64,000 bases of DNA from Octopus sinensis (Eukaryota). The stretch spans positions 1 to 64,000 of the forward strand of contig NW_021831992.1 of NCBI RefSeq assembly GCF_006345805.1, read 5' to 3'. The notes beneath the pieces were generated by a model. The model had not been told where the DNA came from. It made no database searches and worked only from the letters and a program-made list of their open reading frames with translations. Each line of letters begins with the position of its first letter. Position 1 is the stretch's first letter. The position numbers and the translations under genes were made by a program. Of this stretch, positions 37,335 to 50,691 are shown piece after piece.

Positions 37335-37978
37335 CTGTTTCTGTCATTATACTGTCGCCATGCTGGGGCACCGCCTTGAAGGGTATAGTTGATCAAATCG
37401 ACCCCGGGACTTATTCTTTGCAAGCCTAGTACTTATTCTATCGTTTTCTTTTGCCGAACCGCTAAGTTACGGGGACGTAAACACACCAGCGTCGGTTGTC
37501 AAGCAATGTTTGGGGGACAAACACAGACACACAAGCATATACACACACACATATATATGTATATATACCTATATACGACGGGCTTCATTCAGTTTCCGCC
37601 AACCAAATCCATTCACAAGGCTGTGGTCGGCCCGAGACTATAGTAGAAGACACTTGCCCAACGTGCCACGCATTCGGACTGAACCCGGAACCATGTGGTT
37701 GGTAAACAAGCTACTTACCACACAGCCACTCCTGCGCCTACGTGTATGTATATTTTTGATATTTAGCAGAATTGACGGTGTGACTCAAGGTCCTAGAGTT
37801 TCGTGCGTTGACACTTACGACGTGCTTTTTTCACATTTTGTCGACCATATCCACTCTCAAGGCTTTGGTCGGCCTGAAATTACAGTAACAGACATTTGCC
37901 CAAGAGGCCATGCAGTGGGACTGAACCCTGAATCATGTTGTTGGGCAGGAAAGCTTCTTACCACACAGCCGCGCCTGC
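37335..37978 (-). mobile_element. SINE family B full copy (37335-37739) plus a 5' fragment (37845-37978)
   Basis: Reverse-complement matches to the family B consensus. Confidence 0.88.
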
Positions 37979-38814
37979 ACTTACGTATATGTGTGAATGT
38001 GTAGGAGTGCGACAGGAAGAGAAAGAAGAGTCTGTGTATATGTCTGCATATGTGTGTATGTGCTAGATGTGCGAGGCTATATGTGTATTTTATGTGTGAG
38101 GACGCAAAGTACATATATTAATCTTTGTGTGTGTGTGTGTGTGAGAGAGAGAGTGACAGAGAGAGAGGGAGAGAGTGAGAGAGAGAGAGAGAAAATGTAT
38201 GGCTTTTTTTTAATGTAGATGGTTGATATTGTGTGTGTATGTGTGTGTAGCAGCGAGGTAGAGAAAATGCTTGTATATATGTATTGATTAAAGAGCATGT
38301 ACGTATGCATATTATGCGTGTGCAAGGAGAATAGAGAGTGTCTCCTTGCAAGAGAGAACGAGAGAGATGGGCGGGAGAAGGAGAGTACATTAACGTCTGC
38401 AAGTGTGCATTTGCGTGCGTTTCTGTGTATTAATGTGAGTAAAAAAGATCAAAGTAATCGAATCCGTTATTTCATTTTCTTCTAATTGATTTTTGTTTCA
38501 TTACTTATTAATGAATTTTTATTTATTTCTCTCGTCTCACCATGCTATACACACCGTCTCAAACAATACAGCCCTCGTCTGATTGGATAGCGTATTCAAC
38601 TACATGTTACCGATCAACAGGCAAGAATACAATGGAGAATGTCTAGTCGTTTATTTATTATTGTTGTGGTTACCAAAGTCGAAGCTCAATATCACACGGG
38701 TCTACTTGAAATCACATAACACAATCAAGACAGTCCTGCGATTTGAAACATCCGGGAACAGTGCAAGTTATAGGCAAGTATGGCTGAAGAGTAAGTTATA
38801 GGCATATATATGAA

Positions 38815-39045
38815 GGCGGCGAGCTGGCAGAATCGTTAGCACGCCGGGCGAAATGCGTAGACGTATTTCGTCTGCTGTTACGTTCTGTGTTCAAATTTCG
38901 CCGAGATCGACTTTGCCTTTCATCCTTTCGGGGTCGATAAATTAAGTACCAGTTACGCACTGGAGTCGATATAATCGACTTAATCCGTCTGTCTGTCCTT
39001 GTTTGTCTCCTCTGTGTTTAGCCCTTGTGAGTAGTAAAGAAATAA
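38815..39045 (+). mobile_element. SINE family A full monomer
   Basis: GAAGGCGGCGAGCTGGCAGAATCGTTAGCACGCCGGGCG head through GTAGTAAAGAAATA tail, running into (ATT)n. Confidence 0.93.
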
Positions 39046-39138
<93 letters not shown>

Positions 39139-39166
39139 TATTATTATTATCATCGTCATAATTATT

Positions 39167-39714
39167 GGGTGAGAGAGCAGTGCATGCCATCAAAGTGACA
39201 CTAGGGTACGAATTTACGAAGCCCAATATACCCATCATGACTGATAAGCGTATACCAGACACATGCATCACAACCATATGTGCGCAACATGGTGGTCTCA
39301 TACGAAGATAAACAGCGCATGACCTTGCAGGTGGCGTCCAGCTAGAATTTTCTTCTGGTTGAGTTGCACATCCCGCTCAAAAGGTTCCTGAATAAGTTTT
39401 GTTTTAAGGATGATGTATAAAACACCCACATCTCCAGGGGTGAATTATTCATTGTCCAAAGAATTCCTCTCAATACATGTCAATGATGCTCCACGACAAA
39501 GCTTCTGCTCATGATCAGAGATGCAAATGTCAGCTACCAAGGGACATGATCAACTGGTTAAGGTCAAACAACTGATAAGCAAATCTTTGGTATTGAGCAG
39601 AATATTTGCTGTACTCCATCTTTTATACCAAGGCAAAACAATGTACATGATAAGACTTTCAATCAATTAAGATCAAAAGTCATGAGAGCTGCCGCCTGGT
39701 CCTGCATCAGGGCA
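39167..39714. mobile_element. Unclassified interspersed repeat between (ATT)n and (ATC)n tracts
   Basis: The segment ATGCTCC..CATGATCAGAGATGCA..GGTTAAGGTCAA..GGTATTG..ATATTTGC recurs in reverse orientation at about 42245-42365. Confidence 0.6.
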
Positions 39715-39760
39715 GTTATCATTATCATCATCATCATCATTATCATCATCATCATCACCG

Positions 39761-39818
<58 letters not shown>

Positions 39819-39824
39819 AGAGGT

Positions 39825-40165
39825 AGGTGTGCAAGCAGAATCGCTTGCCCGCCGGATGATATATTTAACGGTATTTCACCCGTCTCTACGTCCTGGGGTT
39901 CAAATTCCGCCGAGGTCGACTGCCTTTCCTCCTTTTGGAGTCGATAAAATAAATACTAGTTGAGAACTGGAGTTAATGTAATTGACTCTTCCCCTCCTCC
40001 AAAATTCCAGGCCTTGTGCTTTCAGCAGAAGAGATTATTAGAGTTCAAATTTCCGCCGAGATCGACTTTACTTTACATCCTTCCGGTGTCGTTAAAATAA
40101 GTGCCAGTTGAGCATGGAGTCGATGTACCACGCCCAACCCTGCCAAAATTTTTGTCTTGTGCCAA
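39825..40165 (+). mobile_element. Two diverged SINE family A units
   Basis: TTCAAATTCCGCCGAGGTCGAC and TTCAAATTTCCGCCGAGATCGAC bodies. Confidence 0.82.
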
Positions 40166-40770
40166 ATTTGAAATAATTATTATTGTTGCTGTTGTTGTTT
40201 TTGTAATGTTTTTTGCTTTGTGAGGTGTACTTTTTGTGATTTATTTGTATTTTTACGGAAAATGTGGTGCGGAGGGGAAGTCATTTATTTAGTTTAGGTC
40301 AAATTGACACCATGTTGAATATGGAAGAAGATGGTCTTAATGGCTCTGCAGAAAGTTAGAAGGAAACTCAAGCAACGGAAGCGAAAGATAAAATTGAAAG
40401 ATATGATATGTTCAATTTGACATTTCCAAATTCCATGAAGATAAATTGAAGAAATTTCCATGAAAGATTAATTCGCAGAGACGATGGTATCGAGACTCGT
40501 TCTACCCACACACAAGAATACATAGGCAGACCGATATATGGCGTGTACGTACGTGTACACACACACGCACACACACACACAAACACTCAACACATACAAA
40601 ACATACAAGCAACACACATGTACACTTTTGTTATTTATTCTTCTCGATGTTAATAAAAGTTTCAATCCCACTTTCTCTCTGTATATCTCTACTTCTCTCT
40701 TACTTATTTACTCTCTCTCTCTCGCTCCTTTACTTTCTCTACCTCTCTCTCTCTTCTCTTTCTCTCTCTC

Positions 40771-40812
<42 letters not shown>

Positions 40813-41003
40813 TCCTTTAATATCTCTACTTCTCCCTCTCTCGCAATCTATATCTATACATCTCTTTCTCTCATTTCCTTTCATTTTTGTGTGCAAACAT
40901 TTTATATACGTGTGTGTATGTGCCTTTGAGTGTAAAGTATATATGTGTGTGTATGTGTGTATAAGTAAATAGCGTGTATATATATATATGTGTGTGTGTG
41001 TGT

Positions 41004-41417
41004 ACATGGCTGTGTGGTAAGTAGCTTGCTAACCAACCACATGGTTCCGGGTTCAGTCCCACTGCGTGGCACCTTGGGCGAGTGTCTTCTACTATAGCCT
41101 CGGGCCGACCAATGCCTTGTGAGTGGATTTGATAGACGGAAACTGAAAGAAGCCTGTCGTAAATATGAATCTAAATATATATATGTATGTGTGTGTGTGT
41201 TTGTGTGTCTGTATTTGTCTCCCTAGCATTGCTTGACAACCGATGCTGGTGTGTTTACGTCCCCGTCACTTAGCGGTTCGGCAAAAGAGACCGATAGAAT
41301 AAGTACTAGGCTTACAAGGAATAAGTCCCGGGGTCGATTTGCTCGACTAAAGGCGGTGCTCCAGCATGGCCGAAGTCAAATGACTGAAACAAGTAAAAGA
41401 GTAAAAGAGTAAAAGAG
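41004..41417 (+). mobile_element. SINE family B (young copy)
   Basis: CATGGCTGTGTGGTAAG A-box region, GGTTCAGTCCC B-box, GGCACCTTGGGCGAGTG, internal TA/TG, (GTAAAAGA)n tail. Confidence 0.95.
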
Positions 41418-42427
41418 TATATATACACACACACATATATATATACATATATATACACACACATATATACATATATATATACACACACACACATATATAT
41501 ATACATATATATATACATACACACATATATATATATATACATGTATATACACACACACATACACACAGAAAAATAAAAATAGAACCGCTAATGTGACTAT
41601 CGGTATTGTTGATTTCCTTCTCTTTCTAATATTTCGGTTCGTGACGTCATAGCAGCTATATAACTTATCTCTTTAAATTTCGATATTTGACTAACGTGTT
41701 GACACTGATTATTGCCTAAACAACTTTCATTAACCCAGTATATATATATATTTGTTTATACCAACGACGCCTTCCCGACAACAATGTTGTCCACTTTTTC
41801 AATGAAATTTATCCTATTTTGTTTGAATTGAAGCATTGATAGGTTAAGATTGCTAACACTGTGATTATGGTTATTTCTGTATCTTTGATTCTTTTCTTTT
41901 CTTTTCTTTCCTTCATTTTCCCGCACACTCCTGTAAAATTATGCAGAAACCTTCGCTATTCTGAGCGATTTTTCCTTAACTTATTTTCTCTGTATAATGA
42001 GTAGCTGGAACTCAATTGATTAAAGCTAGGATTCTTTTCCACAATAACACTTTTTTTTTTCTTTTGTCTTTTGCCAGTAAGTGTCATTTCCTATTTTTCC
42101 TATCTTGATATCAAAGAAAATTACCACCATTCCCTTCAAACTTTGATTCTGTGACCTATATATCATGTTTGAAACTGACCTGTTTTCCATTACAGTTCAG
42201 ACAGCTTCAGCATTGAGTTGCTGAAGCAGAAATATCGTTATAGCAAATATCATGTCCAATACCACAGATTTACTTGACCTTAACCAACTGAGCATAGCCG
42301 TTAGTGGACAACACTATGTGCATCTCTGATCATGCGCAGGAGTAGCGGAGGAGCATCATAGTCATGGGATGAGCAGGAGTGTTTGGGGCTTGAATAAATG
42401 TAACAAAAACAAAGTTTGAAGGTCATT

Positions 42428-42525
42428 ACTCTTTTACTCTTTTACTTGTTTCAGTCATTTGACTGCGGCCATGCTGGAGCACCGCCTTTAGTCGAGCAGA
42501 TCGACCCCAGGACTATTCTTTATAC

Positions 42526-42601
<76 letters not shown>

Positions 42602-42734
42602 CGACGGGCTTCTATCAGTTTCCGTCTACCAAATCCACTCACAAGACAATTGGCCAAGGTGCCACGCAGTGGGACTGATCCCGGAACCATGTGGTTGGTA
42701 AGCAAGCTGCTTCCCACACAGCCACTCCTGCGCC
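42428..42734 (-). mobile_element. SINE family B with internal deletions
   Basis: Reverse-complement head and tail present; middle segments missing. Confidence 0.88.
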
Positions 42735-43945
42735 ATTTTTCATTCTTTCTAAAGGTAAGAAAATCGGGAGCAACAGGTGCTATCCAAGGAAAATTATCGT
42801 ACTACACTGCGTAATTATGAAACATGAAGGAAATATATGAAAAAGTACTTCTTGAAATTTATTAACCATATCATTCCTTTGATGTACTAAACTATTTAAA
42901 GTAGTACATATTTTTGAGAACAACTAAAATGTCGGCAACTGAAGTTCAGAATTGATTTAATAGTGTCATATGACACATGATAGCACCTGCTATCTGCTGG
43001 AATATAGGCTTAGTTTACAAGTACCAGTTTCTGTAAGTGATGTTGCCAAGTTTAATGACGGCTTTAGATTAGATATGCATTCTAACTGTTCTATAATTTA
43101 CAAATTTATTCTGCCGTCCAACCCTCTTCAATGACTGGTTAGGTTCCACCCACTTTGCATTTCTTCAATGTTGGTAATTGTGTTTCGAAATTTCACTTGA
43201 TGTTGAAATGTCGATTCGTCCGCGTGTCATTGTTCGCTTATATATTTGGTAAGTCTGATGACGCACATCGATTCTCTGTCGAGTTTCTGGTAGATCATAA
43301 GTTCTTTTATTTCAATAGCTTCTTTCCTTGAACAAGAGCGGGCGCGAACTCATTAAAATTAAAATGGAAGAAATACAAACCTATTTCGGATTGATCGGTG
43401 AATCTAGGATAACACCACCAAACGAAATTTAAAAAAGTAAGTTAAAGAAAAGACTATTGTCTATAAAGTATACAATGTAGAGAAAAAAAAAGATTTGAAC
43501 ACCTGGAGGAAAGCACCATCGAAAAGTGTCTTGGTGCAACTATGAAAGATATCAAGTATCTAACCAGAGGCGGTAAATTCGCCACAATAGAAGCAAGGTT
43601 CAAGTCAACGGAGCGTGCAAGGGCGTACTCGACTCGAACCTTGCAAAGTGGAAATATTTTATTTTTACATTTATATCTGGGACGTAGGACGTCCCGGATA
43701 AAAATTTAAAATGTCCCCCCAGAAGTGGAGGTAGGCTGGATTGTAGCCACACTTCTATACAAGAGGGAGGACACGATACAATTGATCGAATTTGCAAGAG
43801 ACGCGTCTACAATACCAGTCTGTTATATATTTTGAGTATTGTTATCACTAGCGATATCAAGATATAACTTTGTATTTTGTATTTTATGTGTATATGTATA
43901 TATATATAGATGTACATGTAATATGTACACATATATATACATGCG

Positions 43946-43984
43946 CTAGCACTATGACCCGGCAACGACGGGTCATAGTGCTGG
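43946..43984. repeat. 39-bp hairpin mini-element with a Helitron-like loop motif
   Basis: AGCACTATGACCCG-gcaacga-CGGGTCATAGTGCT forms a 14-bp perfect stem. The CCCGGCAACG(A/C)CGGG core matches the 3' hairpin of the Helitron at 9417-9431. Confidence 0.75.
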
Positions 43985-44031
43985 TATATATATATATATA
44001 TATGTATATACACACATACACACACACATAA

Positions 44032-44069
<38 letters not shown>

Positions 44070-44070
44070 C

Positions 44071-44123
<53 letters not shown>

Positions 44124-44344
44124 GTATAGACAGATAGATGTAGAAGGGCAGAAAGAGCAGGAGATGCAATAAATCATGTTGCTAGAAGTGCATGTAAAGA
44201 AGTCAGTGATATGATAGGGACGATGGCGGGTGCTGTGGGGATGGTGATGCTGGGGGGTAGGGGTAAGTGCGGCAGCGAGGGCGGAGGTAGGGAAACGAGC
44301 CAGGTTTGGAGGTGGGATACATATCTTAATATGCCTTCTGTCAG

Positions 44345-44415
44345 AATCGTCTCTTCCGTGTGAAGGATGTGTGTCATCTATTCCAGTGTCACCTCCTCCC
44401 CTCTGATCAGAGAAG
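44345..44415 (+). CDS. Candidate coding exon (71 nt; alternative 29-nt version from 44387)
   Basis: Acceptor CTTAATATGCCTTCTGTCAG| (or TCTATTCCAG| at 44386) and a consensus donor AAG|GTGAGT. Frame 0 reads NRLFRVKDVCHLFQCHLLPSDQR. Confidence 0.45.
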
Positions 44416-44464
44416 GTGAGTATGGGGGGATCTTCATTAAGGGTCCGACAAGAATATGACGCCA

Positions 44465-44700
44465 GATGGTGGCGAACTGGCAGAAAAGGTAGAACGCCGG
44501 GAAAAATGCTTAGCGGTATTTCGTCTGCCGTTACGTTCTGAGTTCAAATTCCGCCGAGGTCGACTTTGCCTTTCATCCTTTCGGGGTCGATTAAATAAGT
44601 ACCAGTTATGTACTGGGGTCGATACACTCGACTTAACCCGTTTGTCTGTCCTTGTTTGTCCCCTCTGTGTGTAGCTTGTCGTGGGCAATAAAGAAATAAG
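44465..44700 (+). mobile_element. SINE family A full monomer
   Basis: GGTGGCGAACTGGCAGAA head to GCAATAAAGAAATAAG tail. Confidence 0.92.
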
Positions 44701-44704
44701 AATG

Positions 44705-44749
44705 TGATGCCAGATAATGAAGATGATGACGACGACGGTGATGATGATA

Positions 44750-44797
<48 letters not shown>

Positions 44798-44985
44798 ATG
44801 ATGATGATGATGATGATGATGATGGACAGCTATGAGGATGACGCCTGACAAAGTTGGAGTTTGCAACGATGGAGATGACGACGACGACGATGACGACGAC
44901 AACGATGACAACGACGACGTTGATGATGGCGATGACGATCACAACAACGACTATGATGATGATGGCGATGATGATCATCAAAATT
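44705..44985. repeat. (GAT)n/(GAC)n microsatellite
   Basis: Direct inspection. Confidence 0.95.
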
Positions 44986-45530
44986 ATCACATCTTGCTTT
45001 ACATGTATAAAAACCACGTATGCAGTAGACACATCCATACATGTAAACGTGTGCAGGGCTTACGTAACGAAACAAGGATGTTATGTTTAATTAGCTGTCT
45101 TGTAATTACAACAAGCTGCTCCTTAGTTTATGAGTCACTAATTGTTCATCTTTGACTCACTGGATAAACGTTAAACTCATTATCTAGTTAGTTATTTAAT
45201 TTCACTAATGAGCAAACAATTAACTAATCACACTCATGACCACATTAAATAATATTCAGCTGATTGACCGATTTCTACTTCTTTGAACTTAATTATACGT
45301 ATATTATTTAAGTAAAATTTGAATTCAATTTACTAACCGACAGCTGATTCAATGATTAGCAGTGCTTAATTAACTAATTATGAGAACCTTTTATTAATTC
45401 ATGTACTGAGGCCAAATACCTGTCCCTGTGTGTCTCTTTCTCTCTCTATTTCTATGTCTCTCCCTCTCTCTCTCTTCCTCACTCTCTTCCCCTGCCACTC
45501 TCCATATATATATATTATATATATATATAT

Positions 45531-45720
45531 GGCGCAGGAGTAGCTTCCTTACCAACCAAGTGATTCCGGGTTCAGTCTCACGGGCAAGGGTCTTCTTCTA
45601 TAGCCTCAGACCGACCAAATCCTAGTGAGAGGACTTGGTTGACGGAAACTGAAAGAAACCCGTCGTGTGTGTGTGTCTGTGTTTGTTCCCCCAACATCGC
45701 TTGACAATGACAACCGATGT
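45531..45720 (+). mobile_element. 3'-truncated SINE family B
   Basis: GGCGCAGGAG head, CCGGGTTCAGTC, GACGGAAACTGAAAGAA. Confidence 0.85.
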
Positions 45721-47255
45721 GTTGTTGCTGAAGGACTCTTGGCAAACATCTTTGAATGTATGCATGTACTATTAAAGTGGTTGTTATTTTAAAGGGATTA
45801 GCATTTGATTCCTTTCTATTGTTGATTTGTTCTTTATGGTAGGTTCCACATTTATTGGCCCCAGCTGTCCTTTAGGCATCGGCTTATTACTTACATATAC
45901 GTACTAACGCTCGGGGAAATACCGTTGTACAATGTGCGTATGTAGCTTATGAAGACGGAACCGAAAGCGTCTGATCTCAGAACAGGCAGAAACTTGTGAA
46001 GTCAAACCTATGGAAAATTTGGATGGATTGAAATTGAGCCCACATTTGTTTGTTGAACGGTCACTACACGAAATAGTTTAGCAACAAACGTTCGGTCAAT
46101 CAATGATGTTCTCTCTCTTTCTCTCTCTCACATTCTGTCTTTTAGCTCTGTAACAATTACTACTGGTGTTGGAGAATTTAAAGCACATCCACTCGAACTG
46201 AATCACCCGAGGACTAGTAGAGATGGTTCTAACGTAAACTGATATATAACCTGTTACTTATATACGTGGAAAATGTCGCTGAAATGTCACACACTACAGA
46301 ACGTTGACTAATTAACGCCAACTCCTGTTTAAATTTGAGCATAAAGGTATCTATCTAAAGTAAGATCTAATGCAGAAAGATAGCAAAAGCACCAAGTCCA
46401 CTTGATATGACAAATATAGTCTGAACTACTCATACTTACAGAACATTTTAAATTTCTATCAAATTACCCCCATTTAGACACGTAATACACACAAGGATAT
46501 GACCGAGGTATGCATCTCACGAGATTTACAATAATGGGTTTGGTATACTTGTTATACGAGGAATACAATGGGTTCACTACTACTGCTTTTCGATTGTTCG
46601 CACACGTGATTATATCTATATATCTATCTATCTCTCTCTCTCTCTCTCTCACTCGATATATATATATGTGTGTGTGTAGATACATATCTTAACGCATTCT
46701 CATTATCGATATTTACTTATGTATGTATGTGTGTGCGTCCGTGTGTGTGTGTGTGCGTGTGTGTGCGTGAGTGTGTGTATGTGTGTCCACAAACTCACAC
46801 ACACGTGTGTGTATATAGTAAAAATCATTTAATAGCCATTCATCCAATCGTAGTAACACTATAACGTCCGGTTACAGACCAGTCTATCGATCAATAATAT
46901 AATTATATACACAAATATACATACGCACATACATATACAATCATACATACACACACACTCGAACCTGTGTGCGTACTATAAGATATATATATATATATGT
47001 GTGTGTTGGTGTGTGTGTGTATGTATGTATATATATATATTTATGTATATATATATATATAGAAATACATACATATATTTATGTATACCTGTAGAGATAT
47101 GCATAACATGCCCGTTTCCATACATTTATTTATATATGTATACATGTATATATATATATGTACATATATATGCATATATATATAAATAAATATGTATATA
47201 TATATATATATATATACATATATTATATATTATATACATATATATATATACATAC

Positions 47256-47301
<46 letters not shown>

Positions 47302-47876
47302 ATATATATATATATATAATATATATAATATATATATATATATTTAATATATATACATTTGTATGCCTGTATGTATTCACATATACATGCATACATACAT
47401 ATATACATATCCTGAAAATAGTGACATATATGTAAAAAAAAAATCAATGGCTATTTTTTTCTTTTTCTGTCCAGTTGACAGTGAATACAATATGAAGTGG
47501 AAAGCCAAAAGCATTATATATTAATTAGAAGATACAGCTCGGCTTTTGTAGTCCTCTCTCCTCTTAATAACAGTCTCACTGATTCCAGGCTCAGCTGGTT
47601 TGGTTTACCCTAAAATTGATTCTACCACATCAACAGTTTAATATTTACCCGGCTTTTATAGGGTTGTTTTTTTTTTCTTTCTTTCTCTCTCGTCATGTAT
47701 CTGTGTACTTGTTATGTTCTGTAGGGAGGTGGGTGTTTCCTTTTATGCGTTTTTATTATGCATATAAATAAATGGAAGAAAGCCGCATGCACACGAGCAT
47801 ACGTAAATATACATATAAGTATAAACACAAACACGTACGCAAATTATATGCATGTGTAGGTGTATATATATATATT

Positions 47877-47948
<72 letters not shown>

Positions 47949-49407
47949 ATAATATATATATATATATACTCTATATATATATATATAAGTATGTATATAT
48001 ATATATGAGTATATTATATATATATATATAATCTAACTATATAATATATGTATGTATAAGTATATATAAGTATTTATATATATATATATATCAGTATATA
48101 TATATATAGTATGGTATTATATATCGATATATATCATATATATATAATATAAAGTATATATATACAAGTATATATGTATATATGCACTATATATAAATAT
48201 ACTTATATATATATATATATAATATATATATATATATACTTATATATATATATAAACACTTATATATATATATACTTATACATTTATTTGTCTACCTATA
48301 TATGTGTGTGTGTATATATATATATACGTATGTATGTATGTATGTATGTATGTATGTATGTATGTATGTATGCATGTATGTTTGTACGTATGTATGTGTG
48401 TCTGTCTGTGTATATATATATATATACATACATAGGTTTTTTCTTTTCGTTGCTTATATTTTTTACTCGCGTCGTTTCAGACACTTGACTGCAGGGCGTT
48501 GCACTGAAGGGTTTTAAATCAAACAGATTGGCCTCGGTACATATTTATTTTCTGAAGCTCGTTACTATCGGTCTCTATTGCTGAAATCGTTAAATCACGG
48601 GGATGTAAACAAACCAACACCAGCTGTCAGGTATTGCTGCAGACAAATCGGCGCCACTCACATACACGCACACACACACACTCACACACACACACACACA
48701 CATGCATAAACTCTATTAAAGTCACTCGAAAAACATCTATTTTCTTGGGGGTGCTATTTTAAAAGGCATTTGTTGTAGGTCTGGTGCAGTGGGACTGAAC
48801 TTGAAACCACGTGGCTACCAAACATGTTTCTTAACCACATGTCCATACTTATAATTCTTTAGTAGAGGCAGTAGTTAAAAATTCCCTTCGTACACCTAAG
48901 GTTCCACTTTCGATTCCTGTGCGTAGGTAAGTGCATTTCCACCCCCATTATAACCTGGGGTGAAATTGGATACGTGAGAGAAATAAGTTTGCTTTCGTGC
49001 TACTCGAAACCACATCTCCTGTAGAAATGACTGGCTTTCAACCATTGGACCAAGGAATCCCCTCGTTTTTCTTTATCCGTTTAACAGACTTTATTCTTAC
49101 TAGCGTGTTTGTGTAGATATAATAGATAGATAGATTTCATTATTGGCCACGCAGGGTTAAACACAGAAGGGACAAAATACAAAGTAGATCTTTTCTTTTT
49201 GGGAAGAAGAGAAGGGGAGGAGAAAAGGTGGGGTGAATTCCGATCAAAAGGGATCATGAAAACAAATGAGGCCGATCAATAGGGATCGTGTATCAGAAAT
49301 GTTAATGTAAAAAGGGAAAACAGATTAGGTTTGTCCGTGGATAGAAAAGCCTACGGAAAAAAAAACACCGGAACCTTGGGCAATAGTGTCATGCAAAAAG
49401 AAAACAC

Positions 49408-49488
<81 letters not shown>

Positions 49489-49510
49489 TGTTTAGTTAGT
49501 CTCACATATA

Positions 49511-49675
49511 GGCGCAGGAGTGGCTGTGTGGTAATTAGCTTGCTAACCAACCACATGATTCCGGGTTCAGTCTCACTGCGTGGCATCTTGGGCAAGTGTC
49601 TTCTGCTATAGCCCCGGGCCGACCAATGCCTTGTGAGTGGATTTGGTAGACGGAAACTGAAAGAAGCCTGCCGTA

Positions 49676-49736
<61 letters not shown>

Positions 49737-49960
49737 ATGTGTGTTTGTGTGTCTGTGTTTGTCCCCCTAGCATTGCTTGACAACCGATGCTGGTGTGTTT
49801 ACGTCCCCGTCACTTAACGGCTCGGCAAAAGAGACCGATAGAATAAGTACTGGGCTTACAAAGAATAAGTCCTGGGGTCGATTTGCTCGACTAAAGGCGG
49901 TGCTCCAGCATGGCCGCAGTAAAATGATTGGAACAAGTAAAAGAGTAAAAGAGTAAAGAG
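49511..49960 (+). mobile_element. SINE family B (young full-length copy)
   Basis: GGCGCAGGAGTGGCTGTGTGG head through GTAAAAGAGTAAAAGAGTAAAGAG tail. Confidence 0.95.
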
Positions 49961-50549
49961 TAATATATATTTCATGATTATGTTTTTTGGCTCAGTAAGA
50001 GGAACGTGATGCCGACCCTAGAATTTAAACCCCAGAGCTCTCGCCTGTCTTATTCAGAAAATTATACATACATACACACCTACATAGAAAGGTGAATGAT
50101 AAAAAAATGGAATTAACGCCATTCTTTATTTAAAAATCACTACAATTGTTTCGACACATTTTGCATCTTCAGTACTTTAGTGCGATGTTGATTATCATTA
50201 TCTTACGTTCAAGTATTAAATACGCCTCCTCGGGTGATTGTTTGAATAATTGCTTTGTTAGATTATTTCGTCAGTTCACGCAGATTGATAGCCAATAACT
50301 ATGGACGAGTTTTGCATACCATTCTACAAGGGCTTTATCCGAATCTTATTTAGCTAATGCACATACATACACACACGCATACACACAGATCAATAGAAAG
50401 CAAACTAGATAGATAGATAGATAATACAGTTCTATATTTCTATATTACAGTTCTATATATACCTGAATAATAACAATAATAATAATGATTATAATAATAT
50501 CATCGAAAAATACCTTAGGAATGAGAACTCAGGTTCGAAGTTTCCCCAA

Positions 50550-50595
50550 AACACCTGAAGAAGGCTGGAGGATATATCAACCGAAACGTTGTGTT
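50550..50595 (+). ncRNA. Minimal type I hammerhead ribozyme-like motif (Penelope-type)
   Basis: AACAC-CTGAAGA-A-GGCTG-gaggatatat-CAACC-GAAA-CG-T-T-GTGTT: 5-bp helix I, helix II with one C-A mismatch, ACGU palindromic helix III, GUU triplet. Host element spans about 50510-50640 between microsatellites. Confidence 0.65.
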
Positions 50596-50641
50596 AACAA
50601 CAAACAAGATGAGGAGAAATATCCGTCTAATGTAAATAATG

Positions 50642-50691
<50 letters not shown>

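Noticed and set aside
50230-50285. Minus-strand CTGACGA with 6-bp AATAAT/ATTATT stem
   Set aside because: It is followed by CAAA rather than GAAA and has no proper helix I; the AU-only stem is likely chance.
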